From the IMG/VR virus record IMGVR_UViG_3300031466_000074: a stretch of 64,000 bases of DNA; one strand, written 5' to 3'. A program made the translations under genes and the position numbers. The first letter of the stretch is position 1; each line of letters begins with the position of its first letter. This stretch comes from a virus. The notes under the pieces were generated by a model. It was not told the DNA's origin, searched no databases, and saw only the letters and a program-made list of their open reading frames with translations. Positions 29,112 through 38,451 of this stretch are shown here, in pieces.

Positions 29112-29966
29112 CTACACGCTCCTTCCCATCGTATAGTACCCAATCGCATTGGCAAAGAGGTTAGGATCGATGATTTGACCAGTAGTCGAAACACGTTTTC
29201 CTGCATCAAACAGGTGAGCATTCGGGAAATACCTTTTCAACTCCGCCGTAAGAGCGACAGCATTACCCCCAAGCACCCCTATTTGATCGTGGGAGTACCA
29301 ACGCTTACCGACCTCACCCACAATCGCCGCCGTCAACTCACGCAAATTCGTCGATTTATTGGTGTCGAAACCAAAGTCGAGCGTGCCCGATTCCTTATCA
29401 ACATAACGGCGATCCCGCATGGTGATGTAGTTGATGGTACGACTGCCCGCATCGATAAGGCGATAGGTTCCGTCTTTAGGGGATACCCAAAATGCGCCAC
29501 CACCCTCGACCGTAACCCGAACGCGAGTAACATGCACTCGCTTAAGTACCCCGTCAACCGTGAGTGTACAAGACCGCTGAAGCAGATCAATCAGCCGCTG
29601 TTTCGTGACTGGATCATGATCCCGCACCGGAACTCCCGTGATGACATCGAAATACCCCTCCGTCTGTTCCTCCGGGATGTACTGCGAAAGTGCAGTCATC
29701 GCCAAGCGATACGTATCCGGGGTAGCTTTTTCCCGCAAGAGCATTTGGCGGGCAAACTCACTTTCATCCCGAGCCAAAGTGCCGATGAAACAATGCTCCG
29801 GTTCAGCATGATCATGAAAAGTCACTCGAAAACCTTGGTCGTCCTGATGATAATCCAGCTTCAGTTCCCGAGCCTCTCCGACGATAGAAGGAAAAGTCAA
29901 ATACTTGCGACCATCAAAAACCTTGACATTACTACGCCCAACGTCCAACCCAATTTTGATAGTCAT
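29112..29966 (-). CDS. parM: ParM/StbA-family actin-like partition ATPase
   Basis: Phosphate-1 IGLDVGRSNVK, VEGGGA, phosphate-2 LIDAGSRTINY, GVLGGNA. Confidence 0.9.
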   Translation of the reverse strand: MTIKIGLDVGRSNVKVFDGRKYLTFPSIVGEARELKLDYHQDDQGFRVTFHDHAEPEHCFIGTLARDESEFARQMLLREKATPDTYRLAMTALSQYIPEEQTEGYFDVITGVPVRDHDPVTKQRLIDLLQRSCTLTVDGVLKRVHVTRVRVTVEGGGAFWVSPKDGTYRLIDAGSRTINYITMRDRRYVDKESGTLDFGFDTNKSTNLRELTAAIVGEVGKRWYSHDQIGVLGGNAVALTAELKRYFPNAHLFDAGKRVSTTGQIIDPNLFANAIGYYTMGRSV

Positions 29967-30130
29967 GTTGTCACCTCCAAGAAGTTATAAGATAAAGGCT
30001 AAAGCTTCTAGGGAAGCTTCACACCTCCTCCCGGACAACGTGTTAAGTTCAAACGTACTAGATATTACGATGGGTAATAACCAAATATGCTTGGGCAGGT
30101 ATTAAGGACGAGTAAAAATTTAGTAGCTCA

Positions 30131-30217
30131 TGTCCAAACAAAGAAGATCGTGTCCAAATAAAAGAGGGGGATGTCCGAAAAAGGACAAGAAGCGACAAGA
30201 GAATAAATGTGCGGACA
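30131..30217. repeat. TGTCC/GGACA repeat cluster with A-tracts upstream of parM (candidate parC centromere)
   Basis: TGTCC(A/G)AA at 30131, 30151 and 30172 (20-21 bp period); GGACA at 30183 and 30213; CGACA at 30193. Confidence 0.45.
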
Positions 30218-30251
30218 AATAAAGGATTGAAAAAGAAAGAAGGGAGGAAAC

Positions 30252-30275
30252 AAAAAAGCCCCGGAAAAGGGCTTC
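30252..30275 (-). terminator. Intrinsic terminator
   Basis: AAGCCC-7-GGGCTT stem followed by a T tract on the minus strand. Confidence 0.65.
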
Positions 30276-30388
30276 TTATATAGGAGAAGACGAGTTCATG
30301 GCGAAGAAGCAAAGTCAAAGTTGCAGAACACGCCTTAAAGAGAAAGGACAAGAAACCGAAGAATGAGAGCGCTTAAAAAGCGGACAAC

Positions 30389-30772
30389 TTACAACATCGA
30401 GACGTCCTGCCGCTGAAAATGCCGCAAGAAGCGCTGGACAAATTTGCGCTGACGGTATTCCGCCACAAGCTGACGGCGACGCTCTTTGAGTTCTTCTAAG
30501 CGTGTATGAATGCGCATCACTTCCGCCCGATACGACTCAGTAAGCGCGTCATAATGATTCAGATGAGCGCAGAGCAAATCCACATTGGAGTCGAACTCCT
30601 CAAACGTTCGAACGTATTGAGTACGTGCCTCCTTCAACTGCTGTTCAGCCCGTTGAAGTTCTGTCGTGAGACGGAAAATTACCCCCTGCAACTGACGTTC
30701 GGTCATATGACTGTAATCCAAGGTCAACAACATGTTGAGATCGGACTCTTCTCTAGTCACTGTCTTCGCCAC
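30389..30772 (-). CDS. Coiled-coil hypothetical protein (monocistronic)
   Basis: 127 aa with heptad pattern; own promoter, RBS GAGGAGGG and terminator. Confidence 0.75.
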   Translation of the reverse strand: MAKTVTREESDLNMLLTLDYSHMTERQLQGVIFRLTTELQRAEQQLKEARTQYVRTFEEFDSNVDLLCAHLNHYDALTESYRAEVMRIHTRLEELKERRRQLVAEYRQRKFVQRFLRHFQRQDVSML

Positions 30773-30818
30773 TTTAATCCCTCCTCAAAATAACTAGTCA
30801 ATCCGAAAGAACCTAGTT

Positions 30819-30847
30819 ATTATAAAGGGAATCCATTTTTAAGTCAA
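30819..30847 (-). promoter_or_regulatory. sigmaA promoter
   Basis: TTGACT-17-TATAAT on the minus strand. Confidence 0.8.
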
Positions 30848-30884
30848 AAAAGTAGGACACATTCCGAAAAATGTGTCCTAAAAA
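30846..30884. terminator. Bidirectional-type intrinsic terminator
   Basis: Perfect 10-bp stem TAGGACACAT/ATGTGTCCTA with an upstream A tract and a downstream A run. Confidence 0.75.
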
Positions 30885-30938
30885 TATATGAACAGCGAAG
30901 GAGAAAGAACCGGACGTAAATGGTGCAAAACCAAAGGA

Positions 30939-31664
30939 TTACTTACGACGCAGATGCACCGTGACGAATACCCCGGTGTCCGTCTCCGAAATCGAAAGCC
31001 CGCGATAGACCGCTTGCACACCTTTGCTATTGGTCATAGCGGCAAAAACCGGAGCGAAAACACGCTGATTGTCTTCCGTGACGGCATAAACCTCGGAAAC
31101 AAGGTTTTGTTGCTTACTGAGCTTATCGATGATGTCGAGAGCTTCAAACAACGTCAACTTGTAAGCCGGATACTCTACCCCATTGAGACGGATGGAGTTG
31201 GTCTCGTTGATCGAGTATACCCCAAGCTGAAGTTCGTATATGCCGTTCTTCTTGGTCACTTGCTCCTTGCCGTCCAGCACGTTTTGAATGAACTTGATGA
31301 AGCGCTCCGTTTCCGCCTGACGACGCTTGATCGCCTTTTGAGCGAAATCCTGCGTAATGGCTCCCGGAAGAAGCGCATTGACCGCGTTGGCGAGGAAGTT
31401 CTCGTTGGCGTGAATCAAAGCGCCATTCGACACCTTGAACAACCGAACGTTTTGATGCTCCTTGCGAAACTCCTCAATGCACTCGCGGAAATTCTCCTTC
31501 GTGCTACGAAGGAACCCCCATGCGCCGCCATAATGGAACGCTGACGAACAGAGCATGATCGCCAACTTCGCACCTTCCGACAGCTTGTCTTCCCGACTGG
31601 AAACGATTCTCTCAAGTTGCTTTTCCCGCATTTCGCGTTGCTCGCGTTCTTTATCCTTGGACAT
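30939..31664 (-). CDS. Hypothetical protein (about 241 aa)
   Basis: Start moved to MSKDKER (RBS AGGAGAGGTG); GC3-rich coding pattern. Confidence 0.75.
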   Translation of the reverse strand: MSKDKEREQREMREKQLERIVSSREDKLSEGAKLAIMLCSSAFHYGGAWGFLRSTKENFRECIEEFRKEHQNVRLFKVSNGALIHANENFLANAVNALLPGAITQDFAQKAIKRRQAETERFIKFIQNVLDGKEQVTKKNGIYELQLGVYSINETNSIRLNGVEYPAYKLTLFEALDIIDKLSKQQNLVSEVYAVTEDNQRVFAPVFAAMTNSKGVQAVYRGLSISETDTGVFVTVHLRRK

Positions 31665-31751
31665 TGTACTGCACCTCTCCTGATTGGATTTGCTTAATAT
31701 AAATGCCACTCCTCAGAAAGAAGCGTGACATTGATATTACAAAAGGAAAAA

Positions 31752-32897
31752 TTACCCCTGTGAGTCGCTATTGTCACTGGACACGGAATCAGACTCAGCA
31801 TCCGAATTTACCCCTGCGTCCGCGTTCGAGGATTGACCTTCTTCTGTGGAAGGCGTTTCTTGAGGAACTACCACATTGGGCTTAGGAGCCTTAATCGTGT
31901 AGCCGTTAAGTACAAATTCCAACGTACTATCAAGATTGTAGAAATGGTTTGCATACTCCGCCGTGGTCAAAGTGCTGAGCAACTTCTTCGTTGCAGTAAG
32001 ACTTCCCGTACCTGTAGCGTAAAGTGCTTTCGGCTTGGTGTGATCGATCAACCCAGAAGGAATTTCGTACTCAGGACGACGATAGCTGAGATACAAAGCA
32101 TCGATGTAAGTCGGCAGAAGATCAAGTCGATCCTCATCGATCCTCATAAGATCGCCCGTGAAGACAATTTTAGACGCACCATGATAATACGTCAACATGA
32201 GCGATCCTTTCTCATGTGTTTGATGGACTTCGAGTACCCCCTGATCCAAGGGGTAGCGCCCATGCTTGGAGCCGACCGTATACAACAGTCGCTTCTGGTC
32301 AAAGTACCGTAAGAGCGGCTTACCTTCCTCTTCGGTGACCACACTTTCCGCCACCACAATAAAATCTACAGGGATACTATCCAGAATCTTTTCCGCCCCA
32401 CCAAGAGCAAACGTATTGTAATTAGTAATGATGAGGTAACGAAGTGATTTGACCTGATTCTCTTTCAACACCGAGAGAATTTTGTCCGTATCCCGACCTG
32501 TGGAGGTGTCAACCAACACCCAATAAATTCCGTCTTGAATCAGGTAAGACGCACCTTCCGTATTAAGCGAAATGATTCTAGCTGTCACCGGATAATCGGC
32601 ATAAGGGTCATGCTCCTCTTCAACGGGCTGTTGCTCAGGATTATTAAAGAAGTCCAAGTCACCTTCCTCCGTGATAATTGACTGATACTGCCCAGTCGAA
32701 GGATCAAAATTAGACTGACTCGGCTTCGTAGCGATATCCGAAACGGCAGATGACGTATTCCCGAAAAGTTGAGACATCGTTGCCGAAATACCAGAACGAA
32801 AGTCCGGTACCAAGATATACACTCCTACAAAGACCAAGATCAGTAGGAGTACCCCTAGTGAAATGAGAATTCTACTGTCCTTTAACGAGAACTTCAA
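31752..32897 (-). CDS. Membrane-anchored ComEC/Rec2-like metallo-beta-lactamase-fold protein lacking metal ligands
   Basis: TTG start with RBS GGAGGTG; N-terminal TM; VLVDT...LRYLIITNYNTFALGG aligns to the HxHxDH region but has no His; VFTGDL retained. Confidence 0.65.
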   Translation of the reverse strand: MKFSLKDSRILISLGVLLLILVFVGVYILVPDFRSGISATMSQLFGNTSSAVSDIATKPSQSNFDPSTGQYQSIITEEGDLDFFNNPEQQPVEEEHDPYADYPVTARIISLNTEGASYLIQDGIYWVLVDTSTGRDTDKILSVLKENQVKSLRYLIITNYNTFALGGAEKILDSIPVDFIVVAESVVTEEEGKPLLRYFDQKRLLYTVGSKHGRYPLDQGVLEVHQTHEKGSLMLTYYHGASKIVFTGDLMRIDEDRLDLLPTYIDALYLSYRRPEYEIPSGLIDHTKPKALYATGTGSLTATKKLLSTLTTAEYANHFYNLDSTLEFVLNGYTIKAPKPNVVVPQETPSTEEGQSSNADAGVNSDAESDSVSSDNSDSQG

Positions 32898-33010
32898 GTA
32901 TAACACCTCCGAAAATAAATCAACTGAACCAACGTATTCCACACTCCGAACAGGACATAAAGTAATCCTATTTTCCCGCCTAAATTGACCAAGAGCGGAC
33001 AGATTTCGCA

Positions 33011-33039
33011 AAGAAAAGACAACTCAAAAATGAGTTGTC
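33011..33039 (-). terminator. Intrinsic terminator after the helicase gene
   Basis: GACAACTCA/TGAGTTGTC stem followed by TTTTCTTT. Confidence 0.75.
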
Positions 33040-33069
33040 CTCCCAAAAGAAAAACGCTAAGTGTATTTC

Positions 33070-35184
33070 TTACTCGTCTTCGTCATAGTTGTCATCCCCG
33101 TCTTCGAAAACCTCGTATTCCCCATCGTCCCCATACATTTCGGGATCGTAATCGTCCTCTGGGAAGTCACCGCCAAGATCACTTTCAGTCGCTTCCCCAC
33201 CCAACTCAGAAACAGGTACCCCATCATTCGGAGAGATTGGTGCCGCTACCGGGGCGGGAACGCCCGGAGCATTTACCCCAACAGGTGCCGTTGCGGGGAT
33301 CGACGCAAGCGGATTGACCGCTACCGAAGGTGCTACACCTCCAAGCGAAGCAGGAACCGCACTGACTACCGCAGGAGCCGCAGGTTGGGCGGGTTCCACT
33401 TGCTTCGGCAGAAGCCCATCAAGCGTAAGCAGAGCGTCATCCTTCTGAATGCTACGGAACGTGCAAGTTCCCGCCTCGACATGCAAGTCAATCGGATGGA
33501 ACGGAGCGATGTTCCGAGAAGGAATGGAGAGCAGTTTCATACTACCCCGACGAATATCGGAAACCGTACCGTACAAAGCAAGGTTAACGTCCGGCGTTTT
33601 GATGACCTCGTAAGACTCACCAGCGGAGTCACGCATTTCCATTTCCGCCAACTCATCCACCGATTTTCCGCCCAAGTTTGAAACCACCGTTTGCTTAAGC
33701 TGACCGGGGAAAATACCAGCGATACTCTTTTGCTTCAAAAACTGAAGCATTTGAATGTACGCCGCCGCGATGCGCTCATTCTTTTGAATGTTGGTGGACG
33801 ACTGAATCAACTGCAAATAGTCCACCGCGATGAGCTTTGCACCGACAGTTTCAATCGCCAGTTGAATAGTGTCGAGAAAACTCTCCAACAAGAAGTTTTC
33901 ATCAATGACCACGAAACGACCATAGTTCTTATTAGTTTTGAGATCGTTCCACGAAGCGAGTTCCTTCTTCTCCAGCTCCCCAGAAAGATCACCTTTACGA
34001 ATCATGTCGGAGTCGAGATAAATCTTCTTATGGGCAGTTTCCACGTTTCGGTTATACAACCAGTTGAAGTGCCTTGCACGAAGTAACGCTTCGAAGTTTT
34101 TCGGTCCGTTTTCAACTGGCCATACGGCTACGTCAACGCCATTAACAATAGCGTGATGAATGATACTCGTAACAAAACGAGTTTTACATCCTTTCGCCGG
34201 AGCCAAAATCGACACCATATCGCCTTCGTAAATACCCCCAACATACTGATCGAGAAGTTGGATACCAAAAGTCGAGACGAGCTTGACTTTCCCGGAATTG
34301 TCCTCACTCTCATCATTAGCTCCGTAAGTAATGATACCGCGACGCGTACTCTTAGCATTGATATTGTCAAGATACGAAAATCGCTGATTCAGCATACGAC
34401 GCATGTCTTCATACCCCGCCGAAACTCTGCGTCCCCGACTTACCCCTTCAGAAATAATCGTGACGGCTTCTTCGAGGACTTGAATACTCTCGCGAGAGAG
34501 GTACTCCATTTTATACATCTCGAGCGCCATTTCAAAGTCCGACTCGGAGATGCGAAGACCTTTAAGCTCGCGAAGGGTATTGATCACGACCGCCGTAAAC
34601 TCCGCATAGGGATCACTGTCCCCCATTCGATAGGCAGAGTAATCAATCTGCTTATGATTCCGAAGTTTGGCTTGATTGGTACGCATGAACAACTCCAAAA
34701 AGCGCTCCGTTGGAATGATTTTCGGATACTCCTTCAGCAGAATCGCAAAAACCGCCCACTCGTTCGTGAACATATCCCGCGTGTTAGGAAACATGGTGTT
34801 GAATTTAGCACGACGGGAACGGAACAGTTCATGATCGTCGCAGTAAACCCCAGCAAAAATGATCTGCTCATTGGACAGATTGTCCGTAAGCGAATAAGCC
34901 GCAAAAGACGGCGTTCCCGAAGCGGGCGCGGCAGGAGCGCCGGGAACGCCCGGAGCCGGAGCGAAACCGGAAGGAGCCGACTGAAGGGGCTGTCCGGGCA
35001 TTTGCGCCGCCTGAACGGGCGCAGAAACCGCAGGATCGCCTTGAACCACTCCCGGAGCCGGAGCGACCGGAGAAGCGCCTTGCGCGGGCTGAAGTGGATT
35101 AGGTACACCTTGCGATGAAGAAGGTGTCATATGAGGAATCCCGTGAGAGGAACCATCGATAAAGAAAGATGCTTGATCAGACAT
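33070..35184 (-). CDS. DnaB-like (SF4) replicative helicase with Pro/Ala-rich termini and acidic tail
   Basis: ILAPAKGCKT (Walker A variant), IAVDYLQLI (Walker B), FPGQL and PDVNLAL motifs. Confidence 0.75.
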   Translation of the reverse strand: MSDQASFFIDGSSHGIPHMTPSSSQGVPNPLQPAQGASPVAPAPGVVQGDPAVSAPVQAAQMPGQPLQSAPSGFAPAPGVPGAPAAPASGTPSFAAYSLTDNLSNEQIIFAGVYCDDHELFRSRRAKFNTMFPNTRDMFTNEWAVFAILLKEYPKIIPTERFLELFMRTNQAKLRNHKQIDYSAYRMGDSDPYAEFTAVVINTLRELKGLRISESDFEMALEMYKMEYLSRESIQVLEEAVTIISEGVSRGRRVSAGYEDMRRMLNQRFSYLDNINAKSTRRGIITYGANDESEDNSGKVKLVSTFGIQLLDQYVGGIYEGDMVSILAPAKGCKTRFVTSIIHHAIVNGVDVAVWPVENGPKNFEALLRARHFNWLYNRNVETAHKKIYLDSDMIRKGDLSGELEKKELASWNDLKTNKNYGRFVVIDENFLLESFLDTIQLAIETVGAKLIAVDYLQLIQSSTNIQKNERIAAAYIQMLQFLKQKSIAGIFPGQLKQTVVSNLGGKSVDELAEMEMRDSAGESYEVIKTPDVNLALYGTVSDIRRGSMKLLSIPSRNIAPFHPIDLHVEAGTCTFRSIQKDDALLTLDGLLPKQVEPAQPAAPAVVSAVPASLGGVAPSVAVNPLASIPATAPVGVNAPGVPAPVAAPISPNDGVPVSELGGEATESDLGGDFPEDDYDPEMYGDDGEYEVFEDGDDNYDEDE

Positions 35185-35218
35185 TCAGCTACCCCCAACA
35201 ATAGAAGTGAAAGCTACC

Positions 35219-35247
35219 AGTATGCCAAACGTCCGATCAACAGTCAA
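35219..35247 (-). promoter_or_regulatory. sigmaA-type promoter for the helicase gene
   Basis: TTGACT-17-CATACT, immediately after a terminator. Confidence 0.6.
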
Positions 35248-35253
35248 AAGAGG

Positions 35254-35285
35254 AAAGAAAAAAGCCCCGAAGGATTCCGGGGCTT
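35254..35285 (-). terminator. Intrinsic terminator
   Basis: AAGCCCCG/CGGGGCTT stem followed by TTTTTCTTT. Confidence 0.8.
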
Positions 35286-36087
35286 AAGAGGAACTCAACT
35301 CCAGATTCGGTAGTACGAATTTTGCACGATCCACACGGCTGTCCGCCGACAAGTTGTACAGGAAGATGAAGCAGTCTCCGTAGATAAAACGCGACAAGTC
35401 CACCAAGGCATTGATAACGTTGTCAGAGTAATAACGACCGTTAACAAAGAAGACCCCCTGATGCAGTCCTTTACTCAAAATCCGATAGATAAGACGCACC
35501 AAGACGTACACTTCATCCGAAGGAATGTCTTCCACTTGAATCTGCTTCTTCCGACGACGGTCAATGACCGTCAACTTGTCGTTCGTGTACACCAAAGAGC
35601 AAGAGCCAATGTGCTTAGTGACAGCGGCGATAGCGCCCGTCAGATGCTCCTTCTCCATCGCGGCGGCTTTGCTCTTCTGGTTCAAGAGCGAGTTGAGCCA
35701 TACAGGTTGTGTATCAATACGACCACTTTTCGTGGAATACACCACATCGGCAACGTACATGTCCTCATCCAACTTAGCGTCACCAAGCGAATAAACCACC
35801 ACGAAAAACTTGTCGATCCGGGGTTCCCACTTGATTGAGAAGCCGTCACGTTCGATCTTACCGAACCAACTCTTCTCGACCGAAAGACGGAGCAAATTCC
35901 CTGTCACCATGTTGGTTACCCCTTGAAAGAGGTACTTCAGGGACTGGACATAAAACTGCAACGACCGAGCTTGCGACGGAAAATCCCCAACGTTCTCCAC
36001 CGCCAACTCAATCGGCTTGGGTACAATAGAGTCGACCGATGCCTCGAAATCCCTTGGCGGTGTCCCATACCTCAAACTGATTTTCAT
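35284..36087 (-). CDS. Hypothetical protein, possibly an eroded ABC/AAA_21-type ATPase fold
   Basis: Likely start MKISLRY (RBS GGAGG); IPSDEVYVLVRLIYRIL...GVFFVNG loosely parallels the ABC signature/Walker B layout. Confidence 0.5.
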   Translation of the reverse strand: MKISLRYGTPPRDFEASVDSIVPKPIELAVENVGDFPSQARSLQFYVQSLKYLFQGVTNMVTGNLLRLSVEKSWFGKIERDGFSIKWEPRIDKFFVVVYSLGDAKLDEDMYVADVVYSTKSGRIDTQPVWLNSLLNQKSKAAAMEKEHLTGAIAAVTKHIGSCSLVYTNDKLTVIDRRRKKQIQVEDIPSDEVYVLVRLIYRILSKGLHQGVFFVNGRYYSDNVINALVDLSRFIYGDCFIFLYNLSADSRVDRAKFVLPNLELSSS

Positions 36088-36113
36088 ACCGGAACCTCCC
36101 AAAAAGCGGGGCA

Positions 36114-38273
36114 TTAAGCCCCGCTCAGTGTGTTGAGATACTCCGTATTGAAGGTGTCGTCCGCCGCCAGTGCCCCGAGCTTGTCGATATAACGCGCCGC
36201 GTTGCTGACCAACTTCAGCAGATCCACGCCGGAAACAGGCAACGCATAAGTGAGATCTTCTCCCGGCTTAAGATTGATCAGCTTGGTTCGAGCCGTGCGA
36301 TGCTTGTGCTTGAACTCATTGGCAGTGAAGAAACCAAAACGTCCCTTCGACGTGACAACGTACAAGTACTCGCTCGGAATCGGGAACTCAGCGATGATCT
36401 TATAGGCTTCAGGAGATACCCCATTCTGCGTCATCCGGGTGGTGCGCTTGCTATCCGCCCACTCGGACAGATCCAAGACGGACACGAAACCATCGGAGTA
36501 TACATAACCTACTTTTTTGTCCGAGATGACATCGCACGCAACGATTTCAAAATCGTCGGGAATCTCCAAGAAGGACGGCAGATAAACGCCACGCCCATTT
36601 CCAGAGACCGGTTCGATGTCTTCGACCTTGACACGCAAGAGTCGACCGTGCGTGTCGATCATCGAGATAACGTCCTTCGACGAGCAACGGATACCTTCGT
36701 AGTTCTTCGTGATGACGTCTACGTTGTAGCGTTTGAAGAACTTCCCATCCAGTTGCACAATACAAGGCATCGCCGGAAGTTCAACCTTCGCCGGAGCTTC
36801 ACGTTCAAAGGTGTAGTCGACGTCGGAAACCGTGGTTTTGCGTGGGAAGCTGTATTTCTGATTGTACTCGCGCAGTTGCTTAGCGATATACTGCGGAATG
36901 TGCTCAAGGTCATATTCCAGTTGCTTCCGCGCCGCATACAGTCGCTCCAGACGAGCGCCCTTGTTGCCTACCCCACCAAGTGAGGACAGCCGCATACCGA
37001 GAATCCAGTCGAAGATATCGTTGTCCGCGTCCGGGTAGAACTCCCGAAGCACCATGCGAGCTTCCTTCGTACCCTGCTTGGACAACGTCGCCATGAAACG
37101 CTCACGCTTATAATCGGTACCAAGCAAATCCACCAACAGTTCGTAGCGCGGGATCTCAAAATTGACCGCTTCAAGTTCCGCCGTAAGCTCCCGACGCACG
37201 ACTTCCTTGCGGAATTCCAACCACTCGTGGATGTAGTCCTTGATACCCACCAACTTCGGACGGTCGCGAACAATGACCATCATATTCGCCGGAACGGTCA
37301 TTTGCAGGTTGGTGTTCTTCAGAAGTTGCGGAAGCACTGTGGAAACCGCATTCTTGCTGGAACAAACCACCTCGATACCAACTCGACGCAAGTCCGTGAT
37401 CTCCCGGTAGTCCGATACCCCCGGAATTTGGGCTTTGGCGATTTGGCTGAGGATTTCATCGATGGTGGTGTAATACGGAATTTCGCTGAACCGAATAGTA
37501 TTCCCATCAACAACCCATTTTGCCCGAAGCTTGAAGGAACCTTTCCCCTCATCGCGGAGCCGCTTCAGCGTGCTCTCCGAGATGACAATATCGGAACCCA
37601 TCGTGTAGTCCGGTACCAAGAGCTTGGTGATGTTGCCCGTCTCGATATACTCCAACGTCGCCTCCAACACCTCATGGAAGTTGAAAGACGGAATGTTGGA
37701 AGCCATCCCGACCGCGATACCCGAGCTGGCGTTCAGCAGTCCAAGCGGAACCGCTATCGGAAGAAGCGAAGGCTCATAATCCTCACCGCTTTCAGTGAGA
37801 ACCATGTCAATACCCCGCATGCCCTCGAAAGCCAGCTTCGCATTGTCATTGAGCGTAGCTTGAGTGTAACGCATATGGGCTGGTTTGCTCTTGGAATAAA
37901 CCGAACCCAAGTCTCCCTTGCCGTCCAGCATCGGGAAGTTGAAGTACAAGGAGCTGGACACCATCCGCGTCATGGAGAGATAGATACTCTCGTCACCGTG
38001 CGGGTGGAGGGAAATAATGTCACCGACAACCTTCGCGCTCTTGTGAAGCTCATTGTACCAACCCTTCTTATGCATCGCATAGAGGATGCGGCGTTGGACA
38101 GGCTTCAAACCGTCCAGATTGATGATGGCGCGGTCGATAACAACCTCTTTAGCATACTCCGAGTACCAATGAATCAGGAACTGGAGTGCCTGCAAAGTGT
38201 CGGGATCGTTCCGCGACAACCACTCCAAATCCAGATCCGTAGTCGGACTGGAGTCATACTGACGTTTCGCCAC
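36114..38273 (-). CDS. Type IIA topoisomerase subunit A (GyrA/ParC-like; no canonical GyrA box seen)
   Basis: DGLKPVQRRILYAM, KSAKVVGD, HPHGD, catalytic MRYT, GIAVGMASNIP. Confidence 0.95.
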   Translation of the reverse strand: MAKRQYDSSPTTDLDLEWLSRNDPDTLQALQFLIHWYSEYAKEVVIDRAIINLDGLKPVQRRILYAMHKKGWYNELHKSAKVVGDIISLHPHGDESIYLSMTRMVSSSLYFNFPMLDGKGDLGSVYSKSKPAHMRYTQATLNDNAKLAFEGMRGIDMVLTESGEDYEPSLLPIAVPLGLLNASSGIAVGMASNIPSFNFHEVLEATLEYIETGNITKLLVPDYTMGSDIVISESTLKRLRDEGKGSFKLRAKWVVDGNTIRFSEIPYYTTIDEILSQIAKAQIPGVSDYREITDLRRVGIEVVCSSKNAVSTVLPQLLKNTNLQMTVPANMMVIVRDRPKLVGIKDYIHEWLEFRKEVVRRELTAELEAVNFEIPRYELLVDLLGTDYKRERFMATLSKQGTKEARMVLREFYPDADNDIFDWILGMRLSSLGGVGNKGARLERLYAARKQLEYDLEHIPQYIAKQLREYNQKYSFPRKTTVSDVDYTFEREAPAKVELPAMPCIVQLDGKFFKRYNVDVITKNYEGIRCSSKDVISMIDTHGRLLRVKVEDIEPVSGNGRGVYLPSFLEIPDDFEIVACDVISDKKVGYVYSDGFVSVLDLSEWADSKRTTRMTQNGVSPEAYKIIAEFPIPSEYLYVVTSKGRFGFFTANEFKHKHRTARTKLINLKPGEDLTYALPVSGVDLLKLVSNAARYIDKLGALAADDTFNTEYLNTLSGA

Positions 38274-38365
38274 AGAAACAACCTCCTATAAGTAAAATTG
38301 ATAAAACCATGTTAAGTATGAAACCACTGCAACACATACTGCGAAAATTTACCCCTGTTTGGGCA

Positions 38366-38400
38366 AAAAGTAAAGTAAGTGTAAAAATCTACACTTACTT
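38366..38400 (-). terminator. Intrinsic terminator upstream of topoisomerase A
   Basis: Perfect 11-bp stem AAGTAAGTGTA/TACACTTACTT followed by TACTTTTT. Confidence 0.8.
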
Positions 38401-38422
38401 CACCATACGGAATTATGTTCCT

Positions 38423-38451
38423 ATTTTAATAAACCCCTCTGCAAGTGTCAA
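38423..38451 (-). promoter_or_regulatory. sigmaA promoter just upstream of the terminator
   Basis: TTGACA-17-TAAAAT. Confidence 0.7.

Noticed and set aside
30058-30351. 97-aa Phe/Leu-rich minus-strand ORF upstream of parM
   Set aside because: An artefact of the purine-rich repeat tract; it spans a terminator and lacks a good RBS.
30298-30366. 22-aa + strand ORF MAKKQSQSCRTRLKEKGQETEE with an AGGAG RBS
   Set aside because: It lies antisense in the 3' UTR of the coiled-coil gene inside an A/G-rich tract, where AGGAG arises by chance; no supporting promoter was seen.
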